Positions 1 through 41,846 of a stretch of DNA of 64,000 nt are shown here, in pieces. The DNA is taken from NCBI RefSeq assembly GCF_963921235.1, contig NC_086108.1:116748001-116812000 (forward strand), written 5' to 3'. Both the position numbers and the translations under genes were made by a program. Origin of the DNA: Mobula hypostoma (lineage: Eukaryota). The notes below the pieces were generated by a model. The model searched no databases. It was not told the origin of the DNA and was given only the letters and a program-made list of their open reading frames with translations. Numbering within the stretch: position 1 is the stretch's first letter; each line of letters starts with the position of its first letter.

Positions 1-21
1 AGGGGTGAGATCTCCAGGAAT

Positions 22-843
22 GAAGATTAAGATGGCGCTAAACGGCGACTCCTTCGCTTGCATCTTCGGAAACAGCTCAATTTCCATCTTTAATATCTTT
101 ATCTTTCCATTTCTTTTGAACACCCTGACCTGGAGTTGCACGCAGAGTTCGGTTCCTTGAGTGAAAGGGATCCGTTCTCAGGGTTCCAGGACCGGCCGTT
201 GTTGCTCGGCACATCAAGGGTTCGGCCTGAGAGTCTTGCTCATATATGCAAGCCTAAGATCTCAGGTCTCTGGAGGCGGGTGGATCGAGGGTCGGTGTCA
301 TGGCAGGAGACTCATGTGTTGTCAGGGAGGCCGGAAAATCTTTCACTGTGGGCCCGAATACCCGAGATCTTTGCGATCTTCAGGCACAGAGCTCGTAAGA
401 AGTGATGAAACTGACTTTTTAACATCATAAACCAGCGGGTTGTTCTTATGTCTTCCGCTCGCTGTGAAAATGGGGGACACCTCCCTCTCCATTATTAGGG
501 AGAGAGAGAACCGGTGGTTTGTCAAATGCCGGATGAAATGCGATAGTCTTTGGGATAACTGTAAGTCTGTGTCTTTGCCATCACCTAGCTCACGTTTGTG
601 CTTGGTAGCGGGTGCACTTTTTTTTTGCTGGGGCGGTGGGGGAGATCATGGCTTGCTGCCATTTACGTGCAGGAGGGAGGAGCTGGGGGGAGGATTTTGG
701 GGTTCTCACGTTTAACTGTTGTTCATTCTTTGGGGCACTTCTCTGTTTTCGTGGATGTTTGCAAAGAAAAATCATTTCAGGATGCTTATTGTATACATTT
801 CTCTAAAATTAAAATGGACCTTTGGACCTTTGAACCTTTGAAC
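22..843 (+). mobile_element. Unclassified non-coding retroposon (non-autonomous non-LTR-like) inserted in a ~45-bp minisatellite
   Basis: Starts with AAGATGGCG and a CpG-rich 5' part; ends with ATTAAA and a (ACCTTTGR)n tail; flanking sequence aggggtgagatctccagga (1-19) recurs at ~865-883. Confidence 0.5.
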
Positions 844-959
844 CAATGGCCTTCTCTCTGTGAGAGGGGTGAGATCTCCAGGAGTGATCACCAATAGCCT
901 TTTCTCTGTGAGGGTTGAGAACTCAAGGAGTGATCACCGACAGCCTTCTCCCTTGATCT

Positions 960-1330
960 GTCTACACATTCCGCTGGCTTAGGAAAGCCAACATAATCAA
1001 GGGCCCTTCCTATCCAGGTCATTCTCTCTTCTCCCCCCTTGTATCAGGCAGAAGACACAAAAGCCTGAAAACACCTACCAACAGGCTCAAGGACGGCCTC
1101 CATCCCACTGTTATAAGACTCTTAAATCTTGTACATTCAAGATGAACTCATGACATTACAGTTAACCTCACTGTGGTTTCTGCACCTTATTATCTACACT
1201 TCCTCTGTAATTTGAATGCTTTACTGTTCTTATTGTTCTCGTCTACTGACGTATTGAAATGATTTGTGTGGAGGGCGTGCAAAACTAGCTTTTCCACTCT
1301 AGCTCGATATATGTAACAATCATAAACCAA
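960..1330 (+). mobile_element. Degraded Rex1-like LINE 3' end
   Basis: Resembles the 3' ends at 24440-24830 and 26975-27520 (catcagg..aga.aca.aagcctgaa..cac motif). Confidence 0.5.
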
Positions 1331-3708
1331 TTCTTCAAGGAAATAACAAGCAGAATAGACAAAAGAGTTAGTAGATGTTATTTAATTGTATTTTCAAACG
1401 TCTTTGACAAGGTGCAGCACATATGCTGCTTAACAACATAAAAGCCTGTGGTATTACAGGAAAGATACTAGCATGGATAGGTTGACTGACTGGCAGGAGG
1501 CAAAAAAATGGGAATAAAATAGGCCTTTCCTGGTTGTCTGCTGGTGACTAGTGGTCGGGATTGGGACTGCTTCTTTTCATGGTATGTGCAAATGATTTGC
1601 ATAACGGAATTGATAGCTTTATAGCCAAATTTGTGGACTATACGAAGATAAGTGGAAGGGCGGGTAGTGCTGAGAAAGCGGGGTGCCTCTAGAAGGACTT
1701 ATGCAGATTGGGAGAACTGGCAAAGAAGTGACAGATGGAATATAGTGTAGGTAAATAAATGGTCATGCACCTTGGTAGAAGAAATAAAGGCATAGACTAT
1801 CTTCTAAATGGGAAGAAATTTCAAAAATCAGAGTGCCAAGGGATTTGGGAGTCCTCATTCAGGTTTTCTTAAAGGTTAACTTGAAGGTTGAGTCGATGGT
1901 AAGGAAGGCAAATGCCATGCTAGCATTCATTTCGGAGAACTAGAATATAACAGAAAGGATGGTGAGGCTTTATAACGCACTGATCAGACCAAACAGAGTA
2001 TTGTGAGCAGTTTTAGACCCCGTATCAAAGAAAAGATGAATTGGCATTGGGGAGGGGCCAGAGGAGGTTCACGAGAATGATTATTCCAGGAATGCAAGAG
2101 TTAACATTTGAGGAGTGTTTGAGGGCTCTGGGTCTGAACTCACTGCAGTTTAGATGAATGAGGGGGAAATCTTGTTGAAATCTATCAGGATATTGAAAGG
2201 TCTGGACAGAGTGAATGTGGGGAGGATGTTTCCTATAGTGGGAGAGTCTAGCATCAGAGGGCACCGCCTCAGAATAAAGGAACGTGTATTTAGAACAGAG
2301 ATAGGAACTTCTTTAGCCAGAGAGTAGAGAATCTGTGGAATTCATTGCCATAGGAGGCTATCACTCAGTATGCTTAAGCAGAGGTTGATTAGTCTGGGCA
2401 TCAAGGTTTACAGGGAGAAGGCAAGAAAATGGTTCTCAGAGGGGCCAGTCGACATGGATTTGTGCGTGGAAGGTCATGTTTGAATAGTCAACCTAGGTTT
2501 GTGCGTGGAAGGAAGATTTGACAAATCTTATTGAATTTTTTGAAGAGGTTACTAGGAAAGTTGATGAGGGTAAAGTGGTGGATGTTGTCTATATGGACTT
2601 CAGTAAGACCTTTGACAAGGTTCCACACGGAAGGTTAGTTAGGAAGGTTCAATCGTTAGGTATTAATATTGAAGTAGTAAAATGGATTCAGCAGTGGTTG
2701 GATGGGAGACGCCAGAGAGTAGTGGTGGATAACTGTTTGTCAGATTGGAGGCCGGTGACTAGTGGTGTGCCTCAGGGATCTGTACTGGGTTCAATGTTGT
2801 TTGTCATATATATTAATGATCTGGATGATTGGGTGGTAAAAATGGATTAGTAAGTATGCAGCTGATATTAAGATAGGTGGAGTTGTGGATAATGAAGTAG
2901 GTTTTCAAAGCTTGCAGAGAGATAGGCCAGTTAGAAGAGTGGGCTGAAAGATGGCAGATGGAGTTTAATGCTGATAAATGTGAGGTGCTACATTTTGGTA
3001 GGACTAATCAAAATAGGACATACATGGTAAATGGTAGGGCATTGAAGAATGCAGTAGAACAGAGGGATCTAGGAATAATGGTGCATAGTTCCCTGAAGGT
3101 GGAATCTCATGTGGATAGGGTGGTGAAGAAAGCTTTTGGTATGCTGACCTTTATAAATCAGAGCATTGAGTATAGGAGTAAAGTTGAGTCTTTATTCTTT
3201 GGAGCATAGAAGGTTGAGGGGGGACTTGACAGAGGTTTTTAAAACTATGAAGGGGATTGATAGAGTTGACGTAGATAGCCTTTTTCCATTGAGAGTAGGG
3301 GAGATTCAAACAAGAGGACATGAGTTGAGAGTTAAAGGGCAAAAGTTTAGGGGTAACATGAGGGGGAACTTCTTTACTCAGAGAGTGGTAGCTGTGTGGA
3401 ACGAGCTTCCAGCAGAAGTGGATGAGGTAGGTTCGATGTTGTCAGTTGAAGTTAAATTGGATGGCTATATGGACAGGACAGGAAAGAAATGGAGGGTTGT
3501 GGGCTGAGTGCAGGTCGGTGGGACTAGGTGAGAGTAAGAGTTCGGCATGGACTAGAAGGGCCGAGATGGCCTGTTTCCGTGCTGTAATTGCTATATGGTT
3601 ATATGGTTATATATGGATAATATATCAGCCATGATGGAATGGCAGAGTGCACTGGAAGGTCTGAGTGGGCAAATTCTGTGCCTATGTCTTATGGTCTTAT
3701 AGTCTTAA
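1330..3708 (+). mobile_element. Old CR1 LINE 3' portion, interrupted by a younger CR1 at ~2445-3612
   Basis: Degraded RT (tttgacaaggtg, gtgactagtgg); its 3' UTR resumes at ~3613 and ends in a (cttatggt)-like tail. Confidence 0.8.
2445..3612 (+). mobile_element. CR1 LINE, 5'-truncated RT fragment with internal deletion and (tatggtta)n tail
   Basis: ORFs 2518..2850 ([25 protein letters not shown]), 2958..3209 and 3166..3507 (RRLRGDL, FFTQRVV). Confidence 0.9.
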
Positions 3709-3817
3709 TTCCAATTCCAAAATCTGTTGAGGACCCAGTTAACTCTTCCCTGTTTTCCATAGCAACCTAGGATCAATTGCATCCAGCCCTTTACATTAAA
3801 AGATGTCTTTTACTTAC

Positions 3818-32923
<29,106 letters not shown>

Positions 32924-33559
32924 CTGGGGAAACAAACAATAACAATTAACACACTGCATTGATATAGCATAGCACCTTTCACTGAGGATCTGGGTGCCGG
33001 GGATCGAATGAGATCCTGGGGCCAGACAAGTGGAGAATAGGGGCTGTGTCAGGGAAGATGGCGGAGTCACAGGGTCAAGCAGCCTGGAGAAAGTCCATTC
33101 AGTCCTGCCTGTCTATGCTGACCAGTAGCACCCATCCATATAAATTCCAGAAATGGATTTTGCCAGCACACAAGTTTGGGACTGATCTCACACAGAGACA
33201 CTCTGGCAAATTACCCCCACTCCTGGAGACCACTGGAGTAGGGAGAGAAAGAAAAGGGTGGGGAATAAAAGACACTGAGGGATGGGTAGGCAGGGAGGTG
33301 GGGGAAAGATTAGAAGGAATCGAAGAACAGCTATTTCCCTCAGAGGGTGCTGGGTATATGGAACAAGCTGCCAGAGGAAGTACAGGAGCTGGGTTACATT
33401 AATGTTATTAACCAGACACGGGCAACCATGTAGACTTGAAGGTAAATGAGACTGGTTCAGGTAGTCAGCATGGATGGGTAGGACCAAAAGGCCTCCTCCC
33501 ATTGCTGGAAAACTGTGTCACAAGGGAGGCAGGAGCTGCAGGGTGAAGAACAGCCACTG

Positions 33560-33948
33560 AGTTGGGTGGGAGGGATGAGGAGGTGGGGCTGAGGGAAATG
33601 GAGGGGTGGAGTGGTGATAGGTTAGAGATAGGGGAGTGGAGGGGGTGGGGAGAGGAAGGAGACGGAAGAGAGAGTGGGGGTTTGAATGAGTGGGGGGAGA
33701 GCGAGGGCGGAGTGGAGGGGGTTGAGGGTGGAGTGGAGGGGAGAGCGAGGGCAGAGTGGGGAGGAGAGCGAGGGCAGATGGCAGAGTGGGGGGGTGAGAG
33801 GGCAGAGTGGAGGGGGTGAGGGGGCAGAGGGCAGAGTGGAGGGGGTGAGGGGGCAGAGGGCAGAGTGGAGGGGGCAGAGGGCAGAGTGGAGGGGTGAGGG
33901 GGCAGAGGGCAGGGTCAGGGGGGGTGAGGGAGGGCGAGGTGGGTGGGT
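33560..33948. repeat. G-rich low-complexity minisatellite
   Basis: Repeated gggcagagtggagggggtgagg. Confidence 0.85.
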
Positions 33949-36900
33949 GATTTCCATCTTCCTCACTGTGATCCAAATGCACAACCACAGAACACATCTA
34001 CAATCTGAGTACATGTGGAATAGCATGTACCAGTGTGTGTGAGAGTGTGCAAGTGTGAGTGTGCATGTGTGTGCATATGCAAGTTTGAGTTGGAGTTTTA
34101 GAATGAGTGAGTTTGAGTGTTCATAAGTTTGAGTTTGAGCTTGACAGTGCACAAGTTTGAGTGTGAGTGTGTGAGATTGAGTTTGAGAGTATGTGGGTTT
34201 GAGTTTGAGTGTGCATAGGTTAGAGTCTGAGTCTGCGCGAGATTGAGTTTCATTGTGATGAGATTGAGTTTGAGAGTGCACAAGCTTGATTTTGATCATG
34301 AGTTTGTGTTTGAGTGCATGCTATTGAGTTCTATTGTGACAAGTTTGAGAGTGCACGAGTTTGATTTTTATCATGACGTGCTTGAGCGCATGTTATTGAG
34401 TTTTATTGTGACGAGTTTGAGTTCGATCATGCGCAAGATTAAGTTTGAGAGTACGTGAGTCTGAGTTTGTGAGTGCACGAGTTTGAGGTTGAGAGTGTGT
34501 GAAATTGATTTTGAGTGTGTGCATAATGGAGTTTGAGAGTGCACAAGATTGAGTTTGAGCGCATGAGTTTGAAACTGAGTGTGCACACGAGTTTGATTTT
34601 GAGAGTGTGCGAAATTGAGTTTGCGCGTTTGCGATTGAGTTTGATAGCGTGTGATTTTGAGTTTGAGAGTTCGGGATTAAGTTTGATCACAACAAGATAA
34701 AGTTTGAGCATGCGCAGGTTTGAGAATGAGTGCGTGGGATTCAGTTTGAGAGTGCGCAAGATTCAGTTTGATTGTGATGAGTTAGAGTTGAGACTGCATA
34801 AGTTTGAGTTTGTGTGCGCTATTGAGATTTAATGTGACAAGTTTGAGTTTGAGAGTGTGTGCGTATTTGAGTTTGGAGTGTGTGAGCTTGAGATTGAGTG
34901 TTTGCGAGATTGAGTTTGAGAGTGTGTGATTTTGAGTGTGAGAGAGCACAAGTTTGAGCTTTAGAGTGCGAGATTGAGCTTGATTGTGACAAGATTGAGT
35001 TTGAGCGTGCCCGGGATTGAGTTTCAGAGTGCACATGATTGAATTTCATCATGATGAGATTGAGTTTGAGAGTGAAAGAGTTTGATTTTGATTGTGACGT
35101 GTTTGAGTGCGCGCTATTGAGTTTTATCATGAGTTTGAGTTCGATCATGCGCGAGATTAAGTCTGAGAGTGCATGAGTTTGAGTCTGAGAGAGCATGAGT
35201 GGGTCTGAGAGTGCGGGAGTTTGAGTGCACGAGTTTGAGTTTGAGAGTGTGCGAGATTCAGTTTGAGTGTGCGCGTAATTGAATTTGAGTTTCAGTTTGA
35301 GAGTGCACGAGATTGAGTTTGAGTGCATGAGTTTGAATTTGAGAGTGTGATTTTGAGTTTGAGAGTGCACATTTGAGTTTGAGTGCGAGATTGAGTTTAA
35401 TCGTGACAAGATTGAGATTGAGAGTGTGAGGTATTGAGAGTGAGTGTGCACAGGATTGAGTTTGAGAGTGCGCGTGATTGAGTTTCATTGTGACGAGACT
35501 GAGTTTAAGAGTGCATGAGTTTGATTTTGATCATGACGAGTTAGAGTTTTTCCATTATGAGCGAGATTAAGTTTGAGAGAGCATGAGTTTGAGTTTCATC
35601 GTGATGAGATTGAGTTTGAAAATATGCAAAATTGAGTTTGAGAGTTTGCGAAATTGAGTTTGACTGTGTGCGTAATTAAGTTTAACTGTGTGTAGGTTTC
35701 AGTTTGAGAGTGCACGAGATTGAATTTGAGTGCATGAGTTTGAGAGCGTGCGAGATTGAGATTGAGTGTTTGCGGGATAGAGTTTGATCATGGCAAGACT
35801 GAGATTGATTGTGAAAAGATTGACTTTGAGAGAGTATGAGATTGAGTTTGATTGTGATGATTTTGAGTTTGAGAGTGCACAAAAATTGAGGTTGACTCCA
35901 CGACATTGAGTTATATCATGCCGAGTTTGAGTGCGCTAGATTGAATTTGAGTGTGTGCGAGATTGAGTATGAGAGAGTGCGAGATTAAGTTTGAGAGTGC
36001 GCTGGTTTGAGTTTGAGAGTGTGCAAGATAGAGTTTGAGAGTGCAAGAGATTGAGTTTAAGAGCGTGTGAGTTTGATGTTGAGAGTGTGCAAGATTGAGA
36101 TTGATCGTGATCAGACTGAGTTTGATTGTGACAAGACTGAGTTTGAGCATATGCAGTTTTGAGTTTTGCACAGGATTGAGTTTGAGAGTGAGTGAGATTG
36201 AGTTTAAGAGTGTGCGAGTGTGACAGTCCACAAGTTTGAGCATGAAAGTGCACGTGTTTGAGCATGAGATTGCACGAGTTTGTTTGAGAGAGCGCAAGAT
36301 TGAGTTTGAGAGTGCATGAGTTTGTTTCAGCGTGTGCGAGTTTGAGTGTGAAGGTGCACGAGTTTGAGTTTGAGAGTGTGTGCAAGATCGAGTTTGAGAG
36401 GGCGCGAGTTTGAGAGAACGTGAGATTGTCTGAGAGAGTACAATGTAGAGTTTGAGTGTGCGTGAGATTGAGTTTTAGAGTGTGTGAGTTTGAATTTGAG
36501 ATTGTGTGAGATTGAGTTTGATCGTGACGAGACTGTGTTTGAGAATGCGCAGGTTTGAGATTGAATGTGCGCAGGTTTGAGATTGAAAGTGCACGAGATT
36601 CAGTTTGAGAGAATGCAAAATTGAGTTTGACTGTGCGCGTAATTGAATTTGAGTGTGTGCAGGTTTCAGTTTGACAGTGCACGAGTTTGAATGTACGCGA
36701 GATTGAGTTTGAGAGTGAGCAAGTTTGTCTTTGAGAGGGTGTGAGATTGAGTTTCAGCATGTACGAGTTCAAGTTTGAAAGCGTGCAAGTTTGTCTGTGA
36801 GAGTGCATGAGTTTGAGTGTGAGCGCGTGCGTGTTTGTATTTGAGAGTGCGTGAGACAGTTTGTGATTACGTTGGATTGAGCTTGCGAGTTTGTGGGACT

Positions 36901-39900
36901 GAGCATGAGAGTGCACGAGTTTGAGTTTGAGATTCTGAGAGTTTGAATCTGAGAGGGTGCAAGTTTGAATTTGAGAAAATGCGTGACTGAGTTTCAGAGA
37001 GCGCGAGATTGAGTTTTAGAGTATGTGAGTTTGAGTGTGTGTGAGATTGTGTTTGATTGTGATGAGACTGTTTGATCGTGACGAGACTGAGTTTGAACAG
37101 GCACAGGTTTGAGATTGAGTGTGTGTGAAACTGAATTTGAGCTTAAGAGTGTGCGGGTTTGAGGGAGAGTTCGCGGACTTGAGTGTGAGAGTGCGTGGGT
37201 TTGAGCATGAGAGTGTGCGGATTTGAGATTGAGAGTGCCCAGGATTGAGTTTGAGAGTGCATGAGATTGAGTTCCATCGTGATGAGATTGAGTTTGAAAA
37301 TGTGTGAAATTGAGTTTGAGAGTGTGCGTAATTAAGTTTAAGTGTGTGTAGGTTTCACAAGAGTGCACGAGGTTGAGTTTGAGTGCACAAGGTTGAGTGA
37401 GTGCGTGCGATTTTGAGTTTGAGTGTGTGCGAGATAGAGTTTGATCGTGGCGAGACTGAGTTTGATTGTGAAAAGATTGACTTTGAGAGAGTACGAGATT
37501 GAGTTTGATCATTATGATTTTGAGTTTGAGAGTGCACAAAGATTGAGGTTGAGTCCACGACATTGAGTTATATCGTGCCGAGTTTGAGTGTGCGTGATTG
37601 ATTTTGAGTGTGTGCGAGATTGAGTATGAGAGAGTGCAAGATTAAGTTTGAGAGTGCACTGGTTTGAGTTTGAGTATGAGTATAAGAGTGTGCAAGATTG
37701 CAAGATAGAGTTTGACAGTGTAGAGATTGAGTTTAAGAGCGTGTGAGTTTGATTCAGAGAATGTGCGAGATTGAGATTGATTGTGATGAGACTGAGTTTG
37801 AGCATGCACAGTACTGAGATTAACTGTGCGCAGGACTGAGTTTGAGTGTGAGTGAGATTGAGTTTCAGCCTGTGCGAGTTTGAGTGTGAGAATGCATGAG
37901 TTTGAGTGTGAGAGTGTGCTGGTTTGAGTGTGAGAGACTGTGAGTTTGTGTTTGAGAAGGTGCGAGATTGAGTTTCAGCATGGGCGAGTTTGAGTTTGAG
38001 AGTGTGCAACTTTGAGCGTGCGAGTTTGAGTGTGAGAGTGCGTGAGATTGAGGGTGCACGAGTAGAAGAGGGCCTGAGTTTGAGTTTGAGAGTGCGCATT
38101 TTTGAGTTTGAGAGTGCGAGAGTTTGAGTTTGATAGGGTGTGAGTTTGAGTTTAAGAGAGCACAAGATTGAGTTTGGGTGCACAAGTTAGAGTTTGTTCG
38201 TGACATGATTGAGTTTCTGTGTGTGCAGGTTTGAGATTGAGTGTACGCGAGTTTGAGTGAGAGCATGCAAAATTGAGTTTGCGGATGCATGAAATTGAGT
38301 TTGAGAGTGCAAGATTGACCTTGATCATGACAAGATTGAGTCTGAGCTTGTGCGGGTCGGGTTTGAAATTGAGAGTGTCCGGGATTGAGTTTGCCAGTAT
38401 GCAAAATTGAGTTTGAGTGTGCACGAGAATGAGTTTGGGTGTACTGGAGATTGAGTTTCAGTTGGAGGGTGAGAGTTTGCAGTTTGAAAGTGAGAGTGTG
38501 CTGTTTTGAGCTTGAGAGTTTGAGTGTGAGAATGCGCAGGTTTGTGAGAGGGCGCAAGATTGATTTTCAGCGTGTGCTAGTTCGAGTTTGAGAGTGTGCA
38601 AGTTTGAATTAGAGAGTGAACGAGTTTGAATTTGAGAGTGTGCGTGTTTAAGCTTGAGAGTGCATGAGATTGAGTGTGCGTGATTGAGTTTGAGAGTATG
38701 CGGGTTTGAGTTTCAGAGTGCACAAGTTTGAGAGTGCAAGACTGAGCTTGATCGTGACAAGATTGAGTTTGAGCATGTGCGGGTTTGGGATTGAGAGTGC
38801 CCGGGTTTAAGATTGAGAGTGTACGGGATTGAGTTTGAGAGTATGCAAAATTGAGTTTGTGCGCTAGTTGCAGTGTGAGAATGCGTGAGTTGGAGAATTA
38901 GAGTGCACGTGTTTGAGCATGGGAGTGCGCAAGTTTGAGCGCGAGAATGCGTGAGACTGAGTTTCAGTGTGTGCGAGTTCGACTTGAGAGTGTGCAAGTT
39001 TGATTTTGAGTTTGCACGAGTTTGAGTGTGAGAGTGTGTGCGTTTGATTTTGAGAGTACGTGAGATTGAGCGCATTTGAGTTTGAGGCTGTGCGGGTTTG
39101 CGTTTGAGACAACGCAGGATTTAGTTTGAGTGCGCGGGATTGTGTTTCACAGTGCGCGGGATTGAGTTTGAAATTGTGCGAGTTTGAGTTTGAGAGTGCA
39201 CGAATTTGAGTGTGAGAGTGTGTGCGTTTTGAGTTTGAGTGTGCATGCAATTGAGTTTGAGAGCATGCGAATTTGAGTTTGAGTGTGTGCGATACTGTGT
39301 TTGAGAGTGACCGAGATTGCGTTTGAGAGAGTTTGAGTTTGAGAGAGCATAAGATTGATTTCAGCATGTGCGAGATTGAGTTTGAGAGCATGAAAATATG
39401 AATTTGAGAGTGCACGAGTTTGAGCGTGAGAGTGTGCGCATTTGAGTTTGAGATTGTGCGAGTTTTAGGCTGAGAGGGCGCAAGTTTGAGCAGGCTTGTG
39501 TTTGAGTTTGAGAGGGCACGAGATTGAGTTTCAGCGTGTGCGAGTTTGAGATTGCACAAATTTGGGTGTGAGGGTGTCCACGTTTGAATTTGAGAGTGTA
39601 TGAGATTGAGTTTGAGAGTGAGCAATTGAGTTTCAGAGTGTGGGTTTGAGTTTGATTGTGTGTGAGACTGAGTTTGAGAGAGCGTGAGATTGAGTTCCAG
39701 AGTGTGTGAGATCAAGTTTGAGAGAGTGAAAATTTGAATTTGTGGGTGCAAGGGTTTGAGATTGAGAGGGCGTGAATTTGAGTTTGAGAGGGCGCAAGAT
39801 TGAGTTTGGGTGCACGAGTTTGAATTTGATCGTGACATGATTGAGTTCGAGTGTGCGCAGGTTTGAGTTCGAGTGTGCGCAAATTTGAGTTTGAGTGTGC

Positions 39901-40681
39901 GCATAATTGAGTTTGAGTGCGTGCAGGTTTTAGTTTGAGAGTGCGTGAGATTGAGTTTGAGAGTGCGTGAGATTGAGTTTGAGAGTGCACAAATTTGAGT
40001 TTGAGAGTGCAAGATTGAGCTTGATCATGACAAGATTGAGTTTGAGCTTGTGCGGTTGGGGTTTGAAATTGAGAGTACCGGGTTTGAAATTGAGAGTACC
40101 GGGTTTGAGATTGCCGGTGTCCAGGACTGAGTTTGAGAGTATGCAAAATTGAGTTTGAGTGTGTGCGAGAATGAGTTTAAGTATACTGGAGATTAAGTTT
40201 GAGAGAGCGCGAGTTGGAGGGTGAGAGCTCGCAGTTTGAAAGTGAGAGTGTGCTGTTTTGAGTGTGAGAATGCGCAAGTTTGTGAAAGGGCGGATAATTG
40301 ATTTTCAATGTGTGCTAGTTCGAGTTTGAGAGTGTGCAAATTTGAATTACAGACTGCACGAGTTTGAATTTGAGTGTGTGTGTTTGAGCTTGAGAGTGCA
40401 TGAGATTGAGTGTGAGAGTGTGTGGGTTTGAGTTTGAGAGTGCTGATTTGACTTGAGAGGGCGCGAGTTTGTGAGAAGGCACGAGATTGAGTTTCAGCGT
40501 GTGCGAGTTTGACTTTGAGAGTGTGCAAGACTGAGTGTGTGAGATTGAGTTTGAGAGGGAGCGAGTTTGAGCTTGACTTTTTGCGAGATTGAGTTTGAGA
40601 GTGTGTGATTTTGAGTTTGAGAGTGCCGGGTTTGAGATCGAGAGTGCGCGTGTTTGAGATTGAGAGTGTCCGGGATTGAGT

Positions 40682-41846
40682 CCACTAATCTACACAGATT
40701 AGCGTGCAAATTTAAAGCACACAGTATTGAGGGTATGATATTGATGTGGATAGAGAATTGGTTGGCAGACAGGAAGCAAAGAGTGGGAATAATTGGGACC
40801 TTTTCAGAATGGCAGGCAGTGACTAGTGGGGTACCGCAAGGCTCAGTGTTGGGACCCCAATTGTTTACAATATATATTAATGACTGAGACGAGGGAATTA
40901 AATGCAGCATCTCCAAGTTTGCGGATGACACGAAGCTGGGCGGCAGTGTTAACTGTGAGGAGGATGCTAAGAGGATGCAGGGTGACTTGGATAGGTTAGG
41001 TGAGTGGGCAAATTCATGGCAGATGCAATTTAATGTAGATAAATGTGAGGTTATCCACTTTGGTGGCAAAAACAGGAAAACAGATTATCTGAATGGTGGC
41101 CGATTAGGAAAGGGGGAGGTGCAACGAGACCTGGGTATCATTGTACACCAGTCATTGAAAGTGGGCATGCAGGTACAGCAGGCAGTGAAAAAGGCGAATG
41201 GTATGCTGGCATTTATAGCGAGAGGATTCGAGTACAGGAGCAGGGAGGTACTACTGCAGTTGTACGAGGCCTTGGTGAGACCACACCTGGAGTATTGTGT
41301 GCAGTTTTGGTCCCCTAATCTGAGGAAAGACATTCTTGCCATAGAGGGGGTACAAAGAAGGTTCACCAGGTTGATTCCTGGGATGGCAGGACTTTCATAT
41401 GATGAAAGACTGGATCGACTTGGCTTATACTCTCTGGAATTTAGAAGATTGGGGGGGGGATCTGATTGAAATGTATAAAATTCTAAAGGGATTGGACAGG
41501 CTAGATGCAGGAAGATTGTTCCCGATGTTGGGGAAGTCCAGAACGAGGGGTCATAGTTTGAGGATAAAGGGGAAGCCTTTTAGGACCGAGATTAGGAAAA
41601 ACTTCTTCACACAGAGAGTGGTGAATCTGTGGAATTCTCTGCCACAGGAAACAGTTGAGGCCAGTTCATTGGCTATATTTAAGGGGGAGTTAGATATGGC
41701 CCTTGTGGCTACGGGGATCAGGGGGTATGGAGGGAAGGCTGGTGCAGGGTTCTGAGTTGGATGATCAGCCATGATCATAATAAATGGTGTTACAGGCTCG
41801 AAGGGCCGAATGGCCTACTCCTGCACCTATTTTCTATGTTTCTATG
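40682..41846 (+). mobile_element. CR1 LINE 5'-truncated insert (~1.16 kb) in the satellite
   Basis: ORFs 40654..40887 ([10 protein letters not shown]), 40975..41469, 41399..41755; (ttctatgt)n tail; splits satellite gggattgagt|ttgagagtatgc. Confidence 0.93.

Noticed and set aside
33518..34042. Pro-rich and Gly/Glu-rich ORFs as a candidate upstream collagen exon
   Set aside because: G-rich minisatellite translation with no Gly-X-Y periodicity or splice sites
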